A program made the position numbers and the translations under genes. From an uncultured delta proteobacterium (lineage in GTDB: Bacteria; Myxococcota_A; Polyangia; Palsa-1104): 64,000 bases of DNA. How positions within the stretch are numbered: the first letter of the stretch is position 1; every line of letters begins with the position of its first letter. Under the pieces are notes generated by a model. That model saw nothing but the letters and a program-made list of their open reading frames with translations. It made no database searches and was not told the origin of the DNA. Location of the stretch: contig CAWAWS010000015.1 of assembly GCA_963785725.1 (NCBI GenBank), positions 192,001-256,000 on the forward strand. Direction: 5' to 3'. Positions 33,205-43,312 of the stretch are shown piece by piece.

Positions 33205-36200
33205 CTATTCGGCCTGACGGAGCGGGTGGTGAATGTGATGTGCCGTCGACGAGTGGTGCTCGAGCCGCGCCTGCGCCGGATGCGGGAACTTGTGCGGACC
33301 GGAGTGCGTGGCCGTCGCCGTGCCGCTTTCGCTGTCCATCTGCGTCGCCATCTTCTCGAGCTGTTGCCGCGCCGCCGGCGTCAGCGACGGGTTGTTGAGC
33401 GCCCGCCGCAGCTGCGCCGCCGACGCCTGGCGAATCGCGCGCTGCTGCGGCGTCAGCTCCGCCGTCGGCGCCGCCAATCCGGGCGCGCCGGCCGCGGCCG
33501 TCTGCAGCTGGCGGGCGCGGATCTTCTTGCCCTTTTTCTTGAGCTCCTCGCGCTCGGCCTGTTCGCGCGTGCCGACGTAGTTGCCGTTGCGATCGTAGAG
33601 GCCGGTGCCGTTGTAGTGGCCGGCGGAGTCGTAGCCGCCGGTGTAGACGCCGCCCGCGCTCGTGCTGCGGGCGCCCGCCACTTCGGTCGTCGGGCGCGAG
33701 GCGACGATGACGCCGTCGCGCGGCTGCAGAGCGGTGGCGGGACCGAGCGCGCCCGGACGCGTCGCGACGACGCCGTTGGGGTCGCGCGGCGTCACCTGGC
33801 CGGCGGGCAGCGTGCCGATCGTCGGGCCGTAGCTGCGGGCGCCGGGCGAGCTCGAAGCCACCGGCTGGAGCTGCGTGCCGACGATGGGGTTGCCGTAGAT
33901 CGGACGTCCCGACGGGTCGGTGCCGACGACGACGGGGCCCGGGCCGAAGCCGCCCGGCGGATAGCTGCCGGCGACGACGGGGCCCGGTCCGAGCGTGCCC
34001 GGACCATAGATGGGCGCGCCGGTCGCCGGATCGACGCCGACGACGACGGGACCCGGTCCGCCGGCGACGGGCGCGACGGGGCTGGCGTAGATGGGCGCGC
34101 CCGTCGTCGGATCGAAGCCGACGACGACCGGCGCCGTCGCGCCGTTCGGCAGCGTCGCCACCGGGTTGCTATAGATGGGCTGGCCCGTCACCGGATCGGT
34201 GCCGACGACGACGGGACCCGGACCGCCCGGCAGTGTCGCGATGGGATTGGCGTAGACCGGATTTCCCGTCGTGGGATTGAGGCCGATGACGACGGGTCCA
34301 GGCGACGTGCTGCCGGGCACGGTCGTGATCGGGTTGCCGTAGATAGGATTGCCGGTGGTCGGATCGGTGCCGATGACGACCGGTCCCGACGACGAGCCGC
34401 TGGGCAGCGTGCCGACGGGGCTGGCATAGACAGGCGCGCCGGTGGTCGGATCGGTGCCGACGACGACGGGACCGGGCGAGCCCGGTTGCGTCGCGATCGG
34501 ATCGCCGTAGACGGGCGCGCCGGTGGTCGGATCGGTGCCGATGACGCCGGGGCTGGGACCGAAGCCGCCCGTCGTCACAACGGGCGCGCCGGTGGCCGGA
34601 TCGGTGCCGACGATGACCGGGCCCGGACCGAGCGGGTTCAGCGGATCGGTGCCGCCGACGACGGGGCCGGGTCCGAGCGGGCCGAGCGGGTTGAGCGGCG
34701 TGACCGGTTCGCTGCCCGTTCCGTCGCCGCCGGCGCTGCCGGAACCACCGGCGCTGCCAGTGCCGCCCGCGCTGCCGCTGGCGGTGCCGCCCGCGCTGCC
34801 GCTGGCGGGATCGCCGGAGCCGCCGGCGTTGCCACTGCCGCCGGCACTGCCGGAGCCGCCTGCGCTGCCAGTGCCGCCGGCGCTGCCGCTGGCGGGATCG
34901 CCGGAGCCGCCCGCGTTGCCGGAACCGCCCGCGTTGCCTGCGCCGCCTGCGCTGCCAGAACCGCCTGCGGAACCGGTGCCGCCTGCGCTCGAGGGATCGC
35001 CGGTGCCGCCCGCGTTGCCGGAGCCGCCTGCGCTGCCAGTGCCGCCTGCGCTGCCGGTGCCGCCCGCGTTCGACGGATCGCCGGAGCCGCCTGCGTTGCC
35101 CGCGCCGCCGGCATTGCCGGTGCCGCCTGCGCTGCCAGTGCCACCCGCGCTGCCGCTGGCGGGGTCGCCGGTGCCGCCCGCGTTGCCGGAACCGCCTGCG
35201 TTGCCGGCGCCGCCCGCGTTGCCGCCTGCGCCGCCGCTCGCGGGATCGCCGCCGCCTGCGCCGCTGGCTCCACCGCCGCCGCCTGCGCCGCTGGCTCCAC
35301 CGCCGCCGCCGCTGCCGCCGGGATCATTCGAACCCGAGCCGGTCACGCTCGGCGGCGTCACCGTCGGGCCAGTGCTCGTCACCGTCGGGCCAGTCACCGT
35401 CGGGCCGCTGCCGGTCGCGGTCGGTCCGGTGACGACGGGGCCGGTGCCGGTGACGACGGGGCCGGTCACGGTCGGATCGGAGCCGGTCACGATCGGGCCG
35501 GTGACGACGGGGCCGGTGCCGGTCACCGTCGGGCCGGTCACGGTCGGGCCGGTGCCGGTGACGACCGGGCCGGTCACGGTCGGGCCCGTGCCGGTCGCGG
35601 TCGGGCCGGTGACGACGGGACCGGTGCCGGTGACGATCGGGCCGGTCACGGTCGGGCCGGAGCCGGTCACGGTCGGACCGGTGACGACGGGGCCGGTGCC
35701 GGTGACCGTCGGGCCGGTGACGACGGGGCCGGTGCCGGTGACGACGGGGCCGGTGACCGTCGGGCCGGTTCCGGTCGCGGTCGGGCCGGTCACGATTGGG
35801 CCTGTGCCGGTGACGACCGGGCCGGTGACGACCGGGCCGCTGCCGTTGACGGTCGGGCCGGTGACGACAGGGCCGTTGCCGTTGACGCTCGGGCCGTTGA
35901 CGGTGGGACCGCTGCCGGTGGCCGTCGGGCCGGTCACCGAGCCCGAGCCGGTGGCCGTCGGGCCGGTGACGACGGGGCCATCGCCGTTGACGGTCGGGCC
36001 GGTGACGACGGGACCGCTGCCGTTGACCGTCGGGCCGGTGACGCCGCCGCCGTTGCCGTTCACCGACGGGCCGTTGACGTTGCCACCGCCGACGTTGACA
36101 CCGCCGCCGCCGACGTCGACCGAGCCGTTGAACGAAGGACCGCTGTAAGCGCCGCCGCTGAAGTTGATGCTGCCGCCGCTGATGGTGCCGGCGCTCAAGT

Positions 36201-36753
36201 TGACGCCGCCGCCGCCGATCTGTGGGCCGTTGAAGGTGAGGCCGCCGCCGTTGACGTCGGGGCCGTTCAAGTTGATCGTCGGTCCGTTGAAGTTGGGCGT
36301 GACGTTGACCGTGCCCAGCGAGATGGACGGGCCGCTCAAGTTGATGCTGGGCCCGTTGACGCTCGGTCCCGACAAATCGATCATCGGCAGCTCGAGGCCG
36401 GGCACGTTGATCGTCTTATCGGGCAAGTTGAGGTTGGGCAGGCTCTTGTCGAACTGCGGCGAGAAGCCGGGCGAGAAGTTCCAGGTCTTGCCGTCGTAGC
36501 CGGGCACCGTGTAATCGAGGCCGGGGACGTTGATCTGCGGCCCGAACGAGATCGCGAGGCCGCCGCCGGTGTTGCCCGCGGCCTTGACCTTGTCGTACAG
36601 CGTGTTGGCCGTCGCGCCCTTCGACTTCGCGGTCGTGCCCAGCTTCTGGTAGCCCATCATCGCCGTGACGGCGACGAACACCGCGCCAATGGACCACTCG
36701 ACGGTGGCTCCGCCTCGGGTTCGTCGTTTTCTCGTGCGTGATGGTTGGCCCAT
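33205..36753 (-). CDS. Giant repetitive Flp-like prepilin fusion (1182 aa), putative surface fibre/adhesin
   Basis: MGQPSRTRKRRTRG|GATVEWSIGAVFVAVTAMMGYQKLG; then GPx(I/V)N, GP(T/V)VT, GSAGGT/GNAGG and GPVVVGTDPxTGxPxY repeat blocks; basic/His-rich C-terminus. Confidence 0.85.
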   Translation of the reverse strand: MGQPSRTRKRRTRGGATVEWSIGAVFVAVTAMMGYQKLGTTAKSKGATANTLYDKVKAAGNTGGGLAISFGPQINVPGLDYTVPGYDGKTWNFSPGFSPQFDKSLPNLNLPDKTINVPGLELPMIDLSGPSVNGPSINLSGPSISLGTVNVTPNFNGPTINLNGPDVNGGGLTFNGPQIGGGGVNLSAGTISGGSINFSGGAYSGPSFNGSVDVGGGGVNVGGGNVNGPSVNGNGGGVTGPTVNGSGPVVTGPTVNGDGPVVTGPTATGSGSVTGPTATGSGPTVNGPSVNGNGPVVTGPTVNGSGPVVTGPVVTGTGPIVTGPTATGTGPTVTGPVVTGTGPVVTGPTVTGTGPVVTGPTVTGSGPTVTGPIVTGTGPVVTGPTATGTGPTVTGPVVTGTGPTVTGPTVTGTGPVVTGPIVTGSDPTVTGPVVTGTGPVVTGPTATGSGPTVTGPTVTSTGPTVTPPSVTGSGSNDPGGSGGGGGASGAGGGGGASGAGGGDPASGGAGGNAGGAGNAGGSGNAGGTGDPASGSAGGTGSAGGTGNAGGAGNAGGSGDPSNAGGTGSAGGTGSAGGSGNAGGTGDPSSAGGTGSAGGSGSAGGAGNAGGSGNAGGSGDPASGSAGGTGSAGGSGSAGGSGNAGGSGDPASGSAGGTASGSAGGTGSAGGSGSAGGDGTGSEPVTPLNPLGPLGPGPVVGGTDPLNPLGPGPVIVGTDPATGAPVVTTGGFGPSPGVIGTDPTTGAPVYGDPIATQPGSPGPVVVGTDPTTGAPVYASPVGTLPSGSSSGPVVIGTDPTTGNPIYGNPITTVPGSTSPGPVVIGLNPTTGNPVYANPIATLPGGPGPVVVGTDPVTGQPIYSNPVATLPNGATAPVVVGFDPTTGAPIYASPVAPVAGGPGPVVVGVDPATGAPIYGPGTLGPGPVVAGSYPPGGFGPGPVVVGTDPSGRPIYGNPIVGTQLQPVASSSPGARSYGPTIGTLPAGQVTPRDPNGVVATRPGALGPATALQPRDGVIVASRPTTEVAGARSTSAGGVYTGGYDSAGHYNGTGLYDRNGNYVGTREQAEREELKKKGKKIRARQLQTAAAGAPGLAAPTAELTPQQRAIRQASAAQLRRALNNPSLTPAARQQLEKMATQMDSESGTATATHSGPHKFPHPAQARLEHHSSTAHHIHHPLRQAE

Positions 36754-36765
36754 GTAAGCGCTGAC

Positions 36766-36781
36766 AGCACGGCCCGTGCCA
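36766..36781 (-). promoter_or_regulatory. Sigma54 -24/-12 promoter of the giant pilin gene
   Basis: TGGCACGGGCCGTGCT, a near-consensus match to TGGCACG-N4-TTGCW. Confidence 0.75.
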
Positions 36782-36879
36782 GGCGTTCAGACGCTCCAGA
36801 CCCACACCCGCCGCGGGCTGCAACGCGTTGGAGAAGCTCAGTGGATGCGCGGCAGGGGGGAGAAGTCCGCCCCAACGAT

Positions 36880-36908
36880 GAGGCTGTGCGCCTCAGGCGG
36901 CGAGCCAC
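36880..36908. promoter_or_regulatory. Tandem GAGGC-N5-GCC(T/A)C-type palindromes
   Basis: GAGGCTGTGCGCCTC (36880-36894) and CAGGCGGCGAGCCAC (36894-36908). Confidence 0.5.
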
Positions 36909-37012
36909 GCGCGTCGACGGGAGAACGTCTCGCGAGCGGGTTCGGTGGCGCTACAGGGTTACTGCAATTTGCGTGTCACGAAAGCGCCGCGGAGAGCGCG
37001 CGCACGGGCGAG

Positions 37013-38011
37013 CTACAGCTTGCTGCAGACGGTCTCGGTGATGAGACGCGTGACCGTGTAGGGATCGACGTTGGCGCACGGGCGACGATCTTCGATGTAG
37101 CCCTTCTTGTCCTTCGCCACTTGCCACGGGATGCGCACGGACGCGCCGCGATCGGAGATGCCGTAGCGGTACTCTTTATAGGAGCAGGTCTCGTGCTTGC
37201 CGGTGAGGCGCTCCTCGATGCCGTGGCCGTAGTTGGCGATGTGCAGCGCGTGCCGCGTGCCCAGCGCCTCGGCGGCCTTGATGCACGCGTCGAGCGAGCT
37301 GCGCATCGCCTTGGTCGAGAAGTTGGTGTGCGCGCCGGCGCCGTTCCAGTCGCCTTTGACCGGCTTGGGGTCGAGCGTCGCCGAGACGCCGAAGTCCTCG
37401 GCGATGCGATAGAGCAGCCAGCGCGCGACCCACATCTCGTCGCCGACGGTGACCGGATCGGCGGGGCCGATCTGGAACTCCCACTGCGCGGGCATGACCT
37501 CGGCGTTGATGCCGGAGAACTGCAGGCCGGCGGCGAGGCAGGCGTCCATGTGCTCCTCGACGATGTCGCGGCCGAAGACCTCGTCGGCGCCGACGCCGCA
37601 GTAGTAGCCGAACTGCGGCGCGGGGAAGCCGTTGTCGGGCCAGCCGAGCGGACGGATGCCGTCGAAGAAGGTGTACTCCTGCTCGATGCCGAACCACATC
37701 TCGTGCGACTCGTACTGCTCGGCGACGTCGACGAGCGCGGCGCGCGTGTTGGTCGGGTGCGGCGTGAAGTCGGTGAGCTCGACCTCGCACATGACGAGCT
37801 TGTTGTCGCCGCCGCGGATGGGATCGGGACACACGTAGACCGGCTTGAAGACGCAGTCCGACGCGTGGCCCATCGCCTGGTTGGTGCTCGAGCCGTCGAA
37901 GCCCCAGATCGGCGGCGCTTCGCCCTTGGGCACGATCTTGGTCTTGCAGCGCAGCTTGCGCGTGGGCTCGGCGCCGTCGATCCAGATGTATTCAGCCTTG
38001 TAGACGCTCAC
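37013..38011 (-). CDS. glnII: Glutamine synthetase type II
   Basis: 332 aa; AEYIWIDG, WGFDGSST, FGIEQEY, INAEVMPAQWEFQIGP, GDWNGAGAHTNFST, RLTGKHET, GYIEDRRP. Confidence 0.96.
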   Translation of the reverse strand: MSVYKAEYIWIDGAEPTRKLRCKTKIVPKGEAPPIWGFDGSSTNQAMGHASDCVFKPVYVCPDPIRGGDNKLVMCEVELTDFTPHPTNTRAALVDVAEQYESHEMWFGIEQEYTFFDGIRPLGWPDNGFPAPQFGYYCGVGADEVFGRDIVEEHMDACLAAGLQFSGINAEVMPAQWEFQIGPADPVTVGDEMWVARWLLYRIAEDFGVSATLDPKPVKGDWNGAGAHTNFSTKAMRSSLDACIKAAEALGTRHALHIANYGHGIEERLTGKHETCSYKEYRYGISDRGASVRIPWQVAKDKKGYIEDRRPCANVDPYTVTRLITETVCSKL

Positions 38012-38060
38012 GAATGGATCCTCCTTGGACGAGGCGCGGGCGGCGCCGGCCAGTAGGTCA

Positions 38061-40481
38061 TCACGAAGGCAGCTCGTCGTCCAGCGTCATCCGAGCGTCG
38101 ATCGTCGCCGTGGGAACGGCGAGGCGTGTGAGGATCGGGCGCGCCTGGGCCAGCGACGGCGCGAACAGCGACGGCTGCGCCGGATCGGCGAAAACGGTCG
38201 CGAAATCCTCGCCGTCGAGCGCGCGGGCGAAGCGCGCGGCGAACGTGTCACGCAGGAGCTGCACGTAATAGTCGGAGTCGTAGTCGCGCGGGTCGGGCAG
38301 GTCGTCGTCGCGATCGTCGGGCCAGAGGCGCGGACGGCCGCTGGTGCCGCGATAGACGCGCACGCTGTCGCCGGCGCTCCAGTCGTCGAGGCCGGCGGCG
38401 AGCGCGGCTTCGTAGGCATGCTCGCGGCGACTTTGGCGCGTCGACCCGTATTGCGCCGGCGTCTTCGTCAGCCGCACGCGCGCCGTTACGTCGATCGTCG
38501 CGATGGTGCGCCGGCGCAGCGCCAACACGGTCTCGATATAGATCGCTTGCACGCCGGCGATGTCGTTCGCCAGCAGCTTGCCGAGCGCGCGCCGCAGGAA
38601 CTGCTCGCCGAACGGCTCGGCGCGGCTCGATCGAAACGCCACGCCGCGCAAGAGGAGCGGTCCCGCATAGGGCTTGAGCGCGTAGTTCTTCGGCTCGTGC
38701 GACAGCATCGCGGCATAGCGACCGTCGAGCTCGAGGTGCACCCGCTCGGGCAAGAGCGCGGCGACCTCGGCGACGACGCGGCGCTCGTCGGCCTCGCTCC
38801 ACGCCGGCGGCACGGCGAAGTAGACGCCGTCGGTGTCGGCTTCGAGCAGCGTGACCTCACGCGCGGCCAGCTCGCGGCACAGAAGGTCGAGCACCTCGCG
38901 GCCGCGGCGCGTGACCTCGTTGGCCGCGTGCACGTCGGCGAAGCGCGTCAGGCCGACGGCGCCGAGATAGCCGTAGGCGGAGTTGACGACGATCTTCATC
39001 GCCGCCGACATCGCCTCGTGCGTGTGCCGTTCGGGCGAGCCGGGCGGCGCTTTTTTGGCCGCGGCCTTGGCCTGCAGCCGCTGCTCGACCAGGCGATCGA
39101 CCATCGTCAAGAGCGCACCCAGGCGATCGCGCATGGGACCGATGCGATATTGCCGCATCAGCGACGGGTAGAGGCTGGCGACGTCGGCCTTGACGATGCG
39201 CTCGGCGACGCCGGCGGCGAAGAGGTGCAGGGCCGCGCCCGAGTGCGGCGTGCCGTCGCCCGGCTGATGCGCGGGCAGGGCGGCGCCGGCGCGCAGGTAA
39301 GCGCGCACCAGCAGCGGATCGAGCACGCCCGTCGCCGCGCCGGCATCGGCGAGCCGCTCGTAACGACGCGGCGCCATGCGCGCCAGCGCGAACGCGGCGC
39401 CGCCGAGCAGCCGCGCGACGCCGGCGGCCTCGACGACGTCGGCGCCGGCGTAACGCCGCACGCGCTCGGGATCGCGGCCGTAGACCTCGTAGACGCGCGC
39501 GCCGGGGATGAGCTCGCGGTCGTCGCCGGCGAGGCCGAGGTGGCGCGCCACCGCTTTCAAGCCGTGGCCGGGCAGCTCGCGCGTCGCGAAGTCGTGGCGG
39601 CGGACGGCGTCCATCGAGTCGACGAGCTCGCGGCCAGGCACGGTGTAGCGCGCGCGCCGCATCGGGTCGTTCTGGCCGCGCCCGACCTTGGCGCCACGCG
39701 CCGCCGCTCGTCGCCGCAGACCGGGCGCGCGCCCGAGCGACAGCGTCACCCCCAGCGTCTCGGCGCGGCGCGCGAGGAACGGCAGATCGAAGCCGTGCAG
39801 GTTGTGGTTCTCGATGACGTCGGGATCGTGCGCGGAGATGCGCGCCATGAGCTGCTCGATGAGCGCCGCTTCGCCGCTGTTCTCGCGGTTCGTCGCTTCC
39901 AAGATCTCGACTTGGCCGTCAGGCGCGCGCAGCGCAATCAGGAACAGGCGATCGCGCGTCGGATCGAGGCCGGTGGTCTCGAGATCGAGCTGCAGGCGGC
40001 GCAGATCATCGAAGGCCAGCCCGCGAAAGTAGTTACGGCCCGACGCCACCAGATATTGCTCCTCGGGCGGCAGCGCCAACGCCGAGGCTTGGCCGAGCTC
40101 GCGCAGCGACTGGATCGGGCGGCCGAGTCGGCGCGACGCGCCTTGCAGCACGGCCGCGGACAGCGCGCGGCCGTCGTCGCCGCGCACGAGGAAGCGCAGC
40201 GCGCCGAGGCCGTCGAGCTCGCGCCAGGTGATCGCGTGCGGCGGCGCCGGGCGATCATCCGACGGCTCGGGCTGGACGCGCGCGCCCAGCTGCTGCTGCA
40301 GATCGTCGAGCCGGTCGAGCAAGAGCCAAGGGCGAAAGCGCGCCTCCTCGCGCACCAGCGTCAACGCGCCCGGCAGGCGCCGCCAGATCGTCGCGCGTCC
40401 GTCGGCTTCCGCCCACACCGAGACGATGCCGGGCGACACATCCCAGCCCCACAGCCACTCGTCTTCGGTTACGGTCGTCAT
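38061..40481 (-). CDS. Family B DNA polymerase with 3'-5' exonuclease domain (about 806 aa)
   Basis: ExoI DLETTG, ExoII HNLHGFDLPFL, ExoIII YAGADV; polymerase motifs DVASLYPS, KIVVNSAYGYLG, ADTDG, KNY; start at 40481 inferred. Confidence 0.92.
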   Translation of the reverse strand: MTTVTEDEWLWGWDVSPGIVSVWAEADGRATIWRRLPGALTLVREEARFRPWLLLDRLDDLQQQLGARVQPEPSDDRPAPPHAITWRELDGLGALRFLVRGDDGRALSAAVLQGASRRLGRPIQSLRELGQASALALPPEEQYLVASGRNYFRGLAFDDLRRLQLDLETTGLDPTRDRLFLIALRAPDGQVEILEATNRENSGEAALIEQLMARISAHDPDVIENHNLHGFDLPFLARRAETLGVTLSLGRAPGLRRRAAARGAKVGRGQNDPMRRARYTVPGRELVDSMDAVRRHDFATRELPGHGLKAVARHLGLAGDDRELIPGARVYEVYGRDPERVRRYAGADVVEAAGVARLLGGAAFALARMAPRRYERLADAGAATGVLDPLLVRAYLRAGAALPAHQPGDGTPHSGAALHLFAAGVAERIVKADVASLYPSLMRQYRIGPMRDRLGALLTMVDRLVEQRLQAKAAAKKAPPGSPERHTHEAMSAAMKIVVNSAYGYLGAVGLTRFADVHAANEVTRRGREVLDLLCRELAAREVTLLEADTDGVYFAVPPAWSEADERRVVAEVAALLPERVHLELDGRYAAMLSHEPKNYALKPYAGPLLLRGVAFRSSRAEPFGEQFLRRALGKLLANDIAGVQAIYIETVLALRRRTIATIDVTARVRLTKTPAQYGSTRQSRREHAYEAALAAGLDDWSAGDSVRVYRGTSGRPRLWPDDRDDDLPDPRDYDSDYYVQLLRDTFAARFARALDGEDFATVFADPAQPSLFAPSLAQARPILTRLAVPTATIDARMTLDDELPS

Positions 40482-40560
40482 GGAGCGGGCGAAAGCCATA
40501 GCACGAGCCCGCGGCCGCGACGACGCGCGCTCATTCACCGTCGGTGACGAAACGAGACTG

Positions 40561-40629
40561 TTGACAGCGACCGGGCCGGCTTGGTACAGCTGCTTCATGA
40601 AATTGAAATCCATTATCGATTTCATTTCA
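40561..40629 (+). promoter_or_regulatory. Sigma70-like promoter followed by a Fur-box-like operator
   Basis: TTGACA at 40561; GAAATTGAAATCCATTATC (40599-40617) matches 14/19 of GATAATGATAATCATTATC, within an AT-rich inverted repeat upstream of iron genes. Confidence 0.75.
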
Positions 40630-40741
40630 GGCCAAACCGTGGGCAAACGGGCTGGTTGACGGAAAATTTTGCGCGTTTCGGGCCGGGTCGCACGACCGCC
40701 GGGCGCGCTGACGAGTTGAGCGACGAAAGGGTAGGAAGCAG

Positions 40742-41932
40742 ATGACGATTCGGACTTATGGCAGATCGAGCCTATTGGCTTTGGCGGCGCTGGTCGCCGG
40801 CTGCGGCGGTGACGATACGACGAGCAAGGTCAAGGCGCAGACGCCGCTCGTGCTGCAGAACTACGCGACCAACTTGTATCAGGCCTACTCCGACGCGGTG
40901 ACGGACGAGCAGAGCTTCTCGACGCAGGTGGACGCCTTCGTGGCGGCGCCGACCGAGGATTCGCTGGCGAGCCTGCGCACGGCGTGGCTGGCGTCGCGCG
41001 CGCACTACATGCTGAGCGAGGGCGCGCGCTTCATCGACGGCCCCATCGACGGCCCTCCGCAGAACTACGAAGCGATGATGAACTCGTGGCCGCTCGACGA
41101 GGCCTACGTCGACTACATGACCGATCCGACGACCGGCGTCATCGACGACACGCAGGGCCTCGTCAACCATCCCGACGTGCTGCCGGACGTCACCAGCGAC
41201 GCCATCGACGCGCTCAACGCGCAGGGCGGCGACGACAACATCTCCGACGGCTATCACGCGCAGGAGTTCCTGCTGTGGGGCCAGGCGCTCATGCCGGTCG
41301 GTCCGGGCCAGCGTCCGGCGAGCGACTACCAGACGGGCGGACCGCGCCCCAACGTCGCGCGTCGCGCGGCCTATTTGCAGGCGGTCACCGCCGGGCTGGT
41401 CGCGCACTTGACGGCCGTGCGTGACGCGTGGGCGCCGGGCGCGACCTATCGTACGCAGTTCGTCGCCGGCGGGTTGCCGTCGGTGGCGTTGGCGCTGACC
41501 GGCCTCGGCAAGATGTCGAAGGGCGAGCTCGCCGGCGAGCGCATCAACGCGCCTTACACGTCGAAGTCGCGCCGCGATCAGCACGACTGCTTCTCGAGCG
41601 ACACGCTCGTCGACTACACGCGCGACGCGCAGGGCCTCTTGAACATCTTCACCGGCGTCTACGGCAGCAACTCCGGCCCCGGCTTCGACACGCTCATCGC
41701 CATCAAGGACCAGGCCGTTTCGGCGGCGTTGTTGGCGCAGGTGCAGGCGGGTCTGGCGGCGGTGCAGGCGATTCCGCCGCCGTTCGAGCAGGCCATCTTG
41801 GGTGACGACAGCGATCCGGGCCGCACGGCGGTCCTGGCGGCCGTCAACGCGCTGCGCGCGCAGGGCGACGGCTTCGCGACCGGCGCGCAGGCGCTCGGGC
41901 TGACCATCGTCGTCCCCACTTCGAACGATTAG
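40742..41932 (+). CDS. Imelysin (peptidase M75 family) / IrpA-like iron-regulated lipoprotein
   Basis: Lipobox VAGC; NSWPLDEAYVDY, GYHAQEFLLWGQ, GELAGER, HDCFS. Confidence 0.9.
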   Translation: MTIRTYGRSSLLALAALVAGCGGDDTTSKVKAQTPLVLQNYATNLYQAYSDAVTDEQSFSTQVDAFVAAPTEDSLASLRTAWLASRAHYMLSEGARFIDGPIDGPPQNYEAMMNSWPLDEAYVDYMTDPTTGVIDDTQGLVNHPDVLPDVTSDAIDALNAQGGDDNISDGYHAQEFLLWGQALMPVGPGQRPASDYQTGGPRPNVARRAAYLQAVTAGLVAHLTAVRDAWAPGATYRTQFVAGGLPSVALALTGLGKMSKGELAGERINAPYTSKSRRDQHDCFSSDTLVDYTRDAQGLLNIFTGVYGSNSGPGFDTLIAIKDQAVSAALLAQVQAGLAAVQAIPPPFEQAILGDDSDPGRTAVLAAVNALRAQGDGFATGAQALGLTIVVPTSND

Positions 41933-41934
41933 TC

Positions 41935-43301
41935 ATGCGTAGTCGCTGGGCCACGATTCTCTGCATGTTGAGCGCGACCGCGGGTTGCGGCGGGGTGCAT
42001 TCCGCCGACCCGCTGTCGGGCGGCGCGACCACCGTGTTCGACGCCACCGACGGCGCATACGCCAATCCGGCGCCCGAACCTCACCGACACCGATCTCAAC
42101 GCCTTCAACCTCGGCCACACCGTCTTCGACGGCAACTGGGTCACGGCGCCGGCGACGACGAGCGACATGGACGGGCTCGGACCGCTCTACAATCAGCGGT
42201 CGTGCTCGGCGCTGTCACTCGCACGACGGCCGCTCCAAGCCCTTCGACACCACCGGCGCTCTCCTCGGCATGCTCTATCGCCTCAGCATCCCCGGCGCCG
42301 ACGTCAACGGCGGGCCGCTCGGCGACGCCGTCTACGGCGGGCAGCTGCGGCCTTACGGCATCCTCGGCGTACCCGGCGACGGTACGCCCGTCGTCGCCTA
42401 TAGCCCGGTGCCGGGCCAGTTCGGCGATCGCACGACCTACGAGCTGCAGAAGCCGGCGTACAGCGTCACCGCTTGGAATTACGGGCCGCCCGACGCGTCG
42501 CTGATGATGTCGGCGCGGACCGGGCCGGCGGTCTTCGGCTTGGGACTGCTCGAGGCGATCTCGGAGAGCGACATCCTCGCCAACATCAAGACCAACGATC
42601 CCGACGGCGTCGTCGGCAAAGCCAACTACGTGTGGGATCAGGCCAGCGGCACGACGAAGCTCGGACGCTTCGGCTGGAAGGCCAATCAGCCGTCGGTGAG
42701 CCAGCAGACGCAGGGCGCGCTCAACGGCGACATCGGCATCACGTCGGCGCTCTATCCCGACGAGACCTGCACGCCGACGATGACGGCGTGCAACGCGGCG
42801 ACGCGCGGTCCGCAGCCGGACATCGTCGACCCGCGCTTGAGCAGCCTCATCCTCTACATGCAGACGCTGGCGGTGCCGGCGCGGCGCAGCTTGACCGACG
42901 AGACGGCGCTGCACGGCGAGAAGCTGTTCGCCGAGTTCGGCTGCGCCTCCTGCCACGTGCCGACGTTCGTGACCGGGACGCTCGCCGGTTTGCCGGAAGT
43001 GTCGGGCCAGACGATCCATCCGTACACCGACCTGCTGTTGCACGACATGGGTCCCGATCTCGCCGACAATCGCCCCGACTATCTCGCCTCGGGCACGGAG
43101 TGGCGCACGACGCCGCTGTGGGGCATCGGCCTTCTGCAGCAGGTCAACGGCCACGATCTGCTGCTCCACGATGCGCGTGCGCGTGGTATCAGCGAGGCCA
43201 TCTTGTGGCACGGCGGCGAGGCGCTGGCGGCGAAAGAGCGTTTTCGCCTGGCCACGCTCGCCGATCGCAATGCCCTCTTAGCCTTCCTCAATTCGTTGTA
43301 G
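41935..43301 (+). CDS. Di-heme oxidoreductase (DHOR/DUF1111) lipoprotein, frameshifted near 42075 and 42210
   Basis: DGLGPLYNQRSCSA(C)H, GLGLLEAI, GRFGWKA, CASCH, PYTDLLLHDMG, WRTTPLWGIG, LHDARAR..AILWHGGEA. Confidence 0.9.
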
Positions 43302-43312
43302 TGGAGCACCCG

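Noticed and set aside
33142..36741. Long opposite-strand ORFs (also 1498-3732, 38025-40547, 44277-46538, 58018-61404 and others)
   Set aside because: Antisense shadows of real genes in high-GC DNA; Arg/Ala-rich with no motifs
38061..40481. Casposon, pipolin or prophage marked by PolB
   Set aside because: No Cas1, integrase, terminal repeats or structural genes; flanked by housekeeping and iron genes
40482..40646. N-terminal extension of the DNA polymerase ORF
   Set aside because: Runs through the promoter and Fur box; the downstream ATG at 40481 is more plausible
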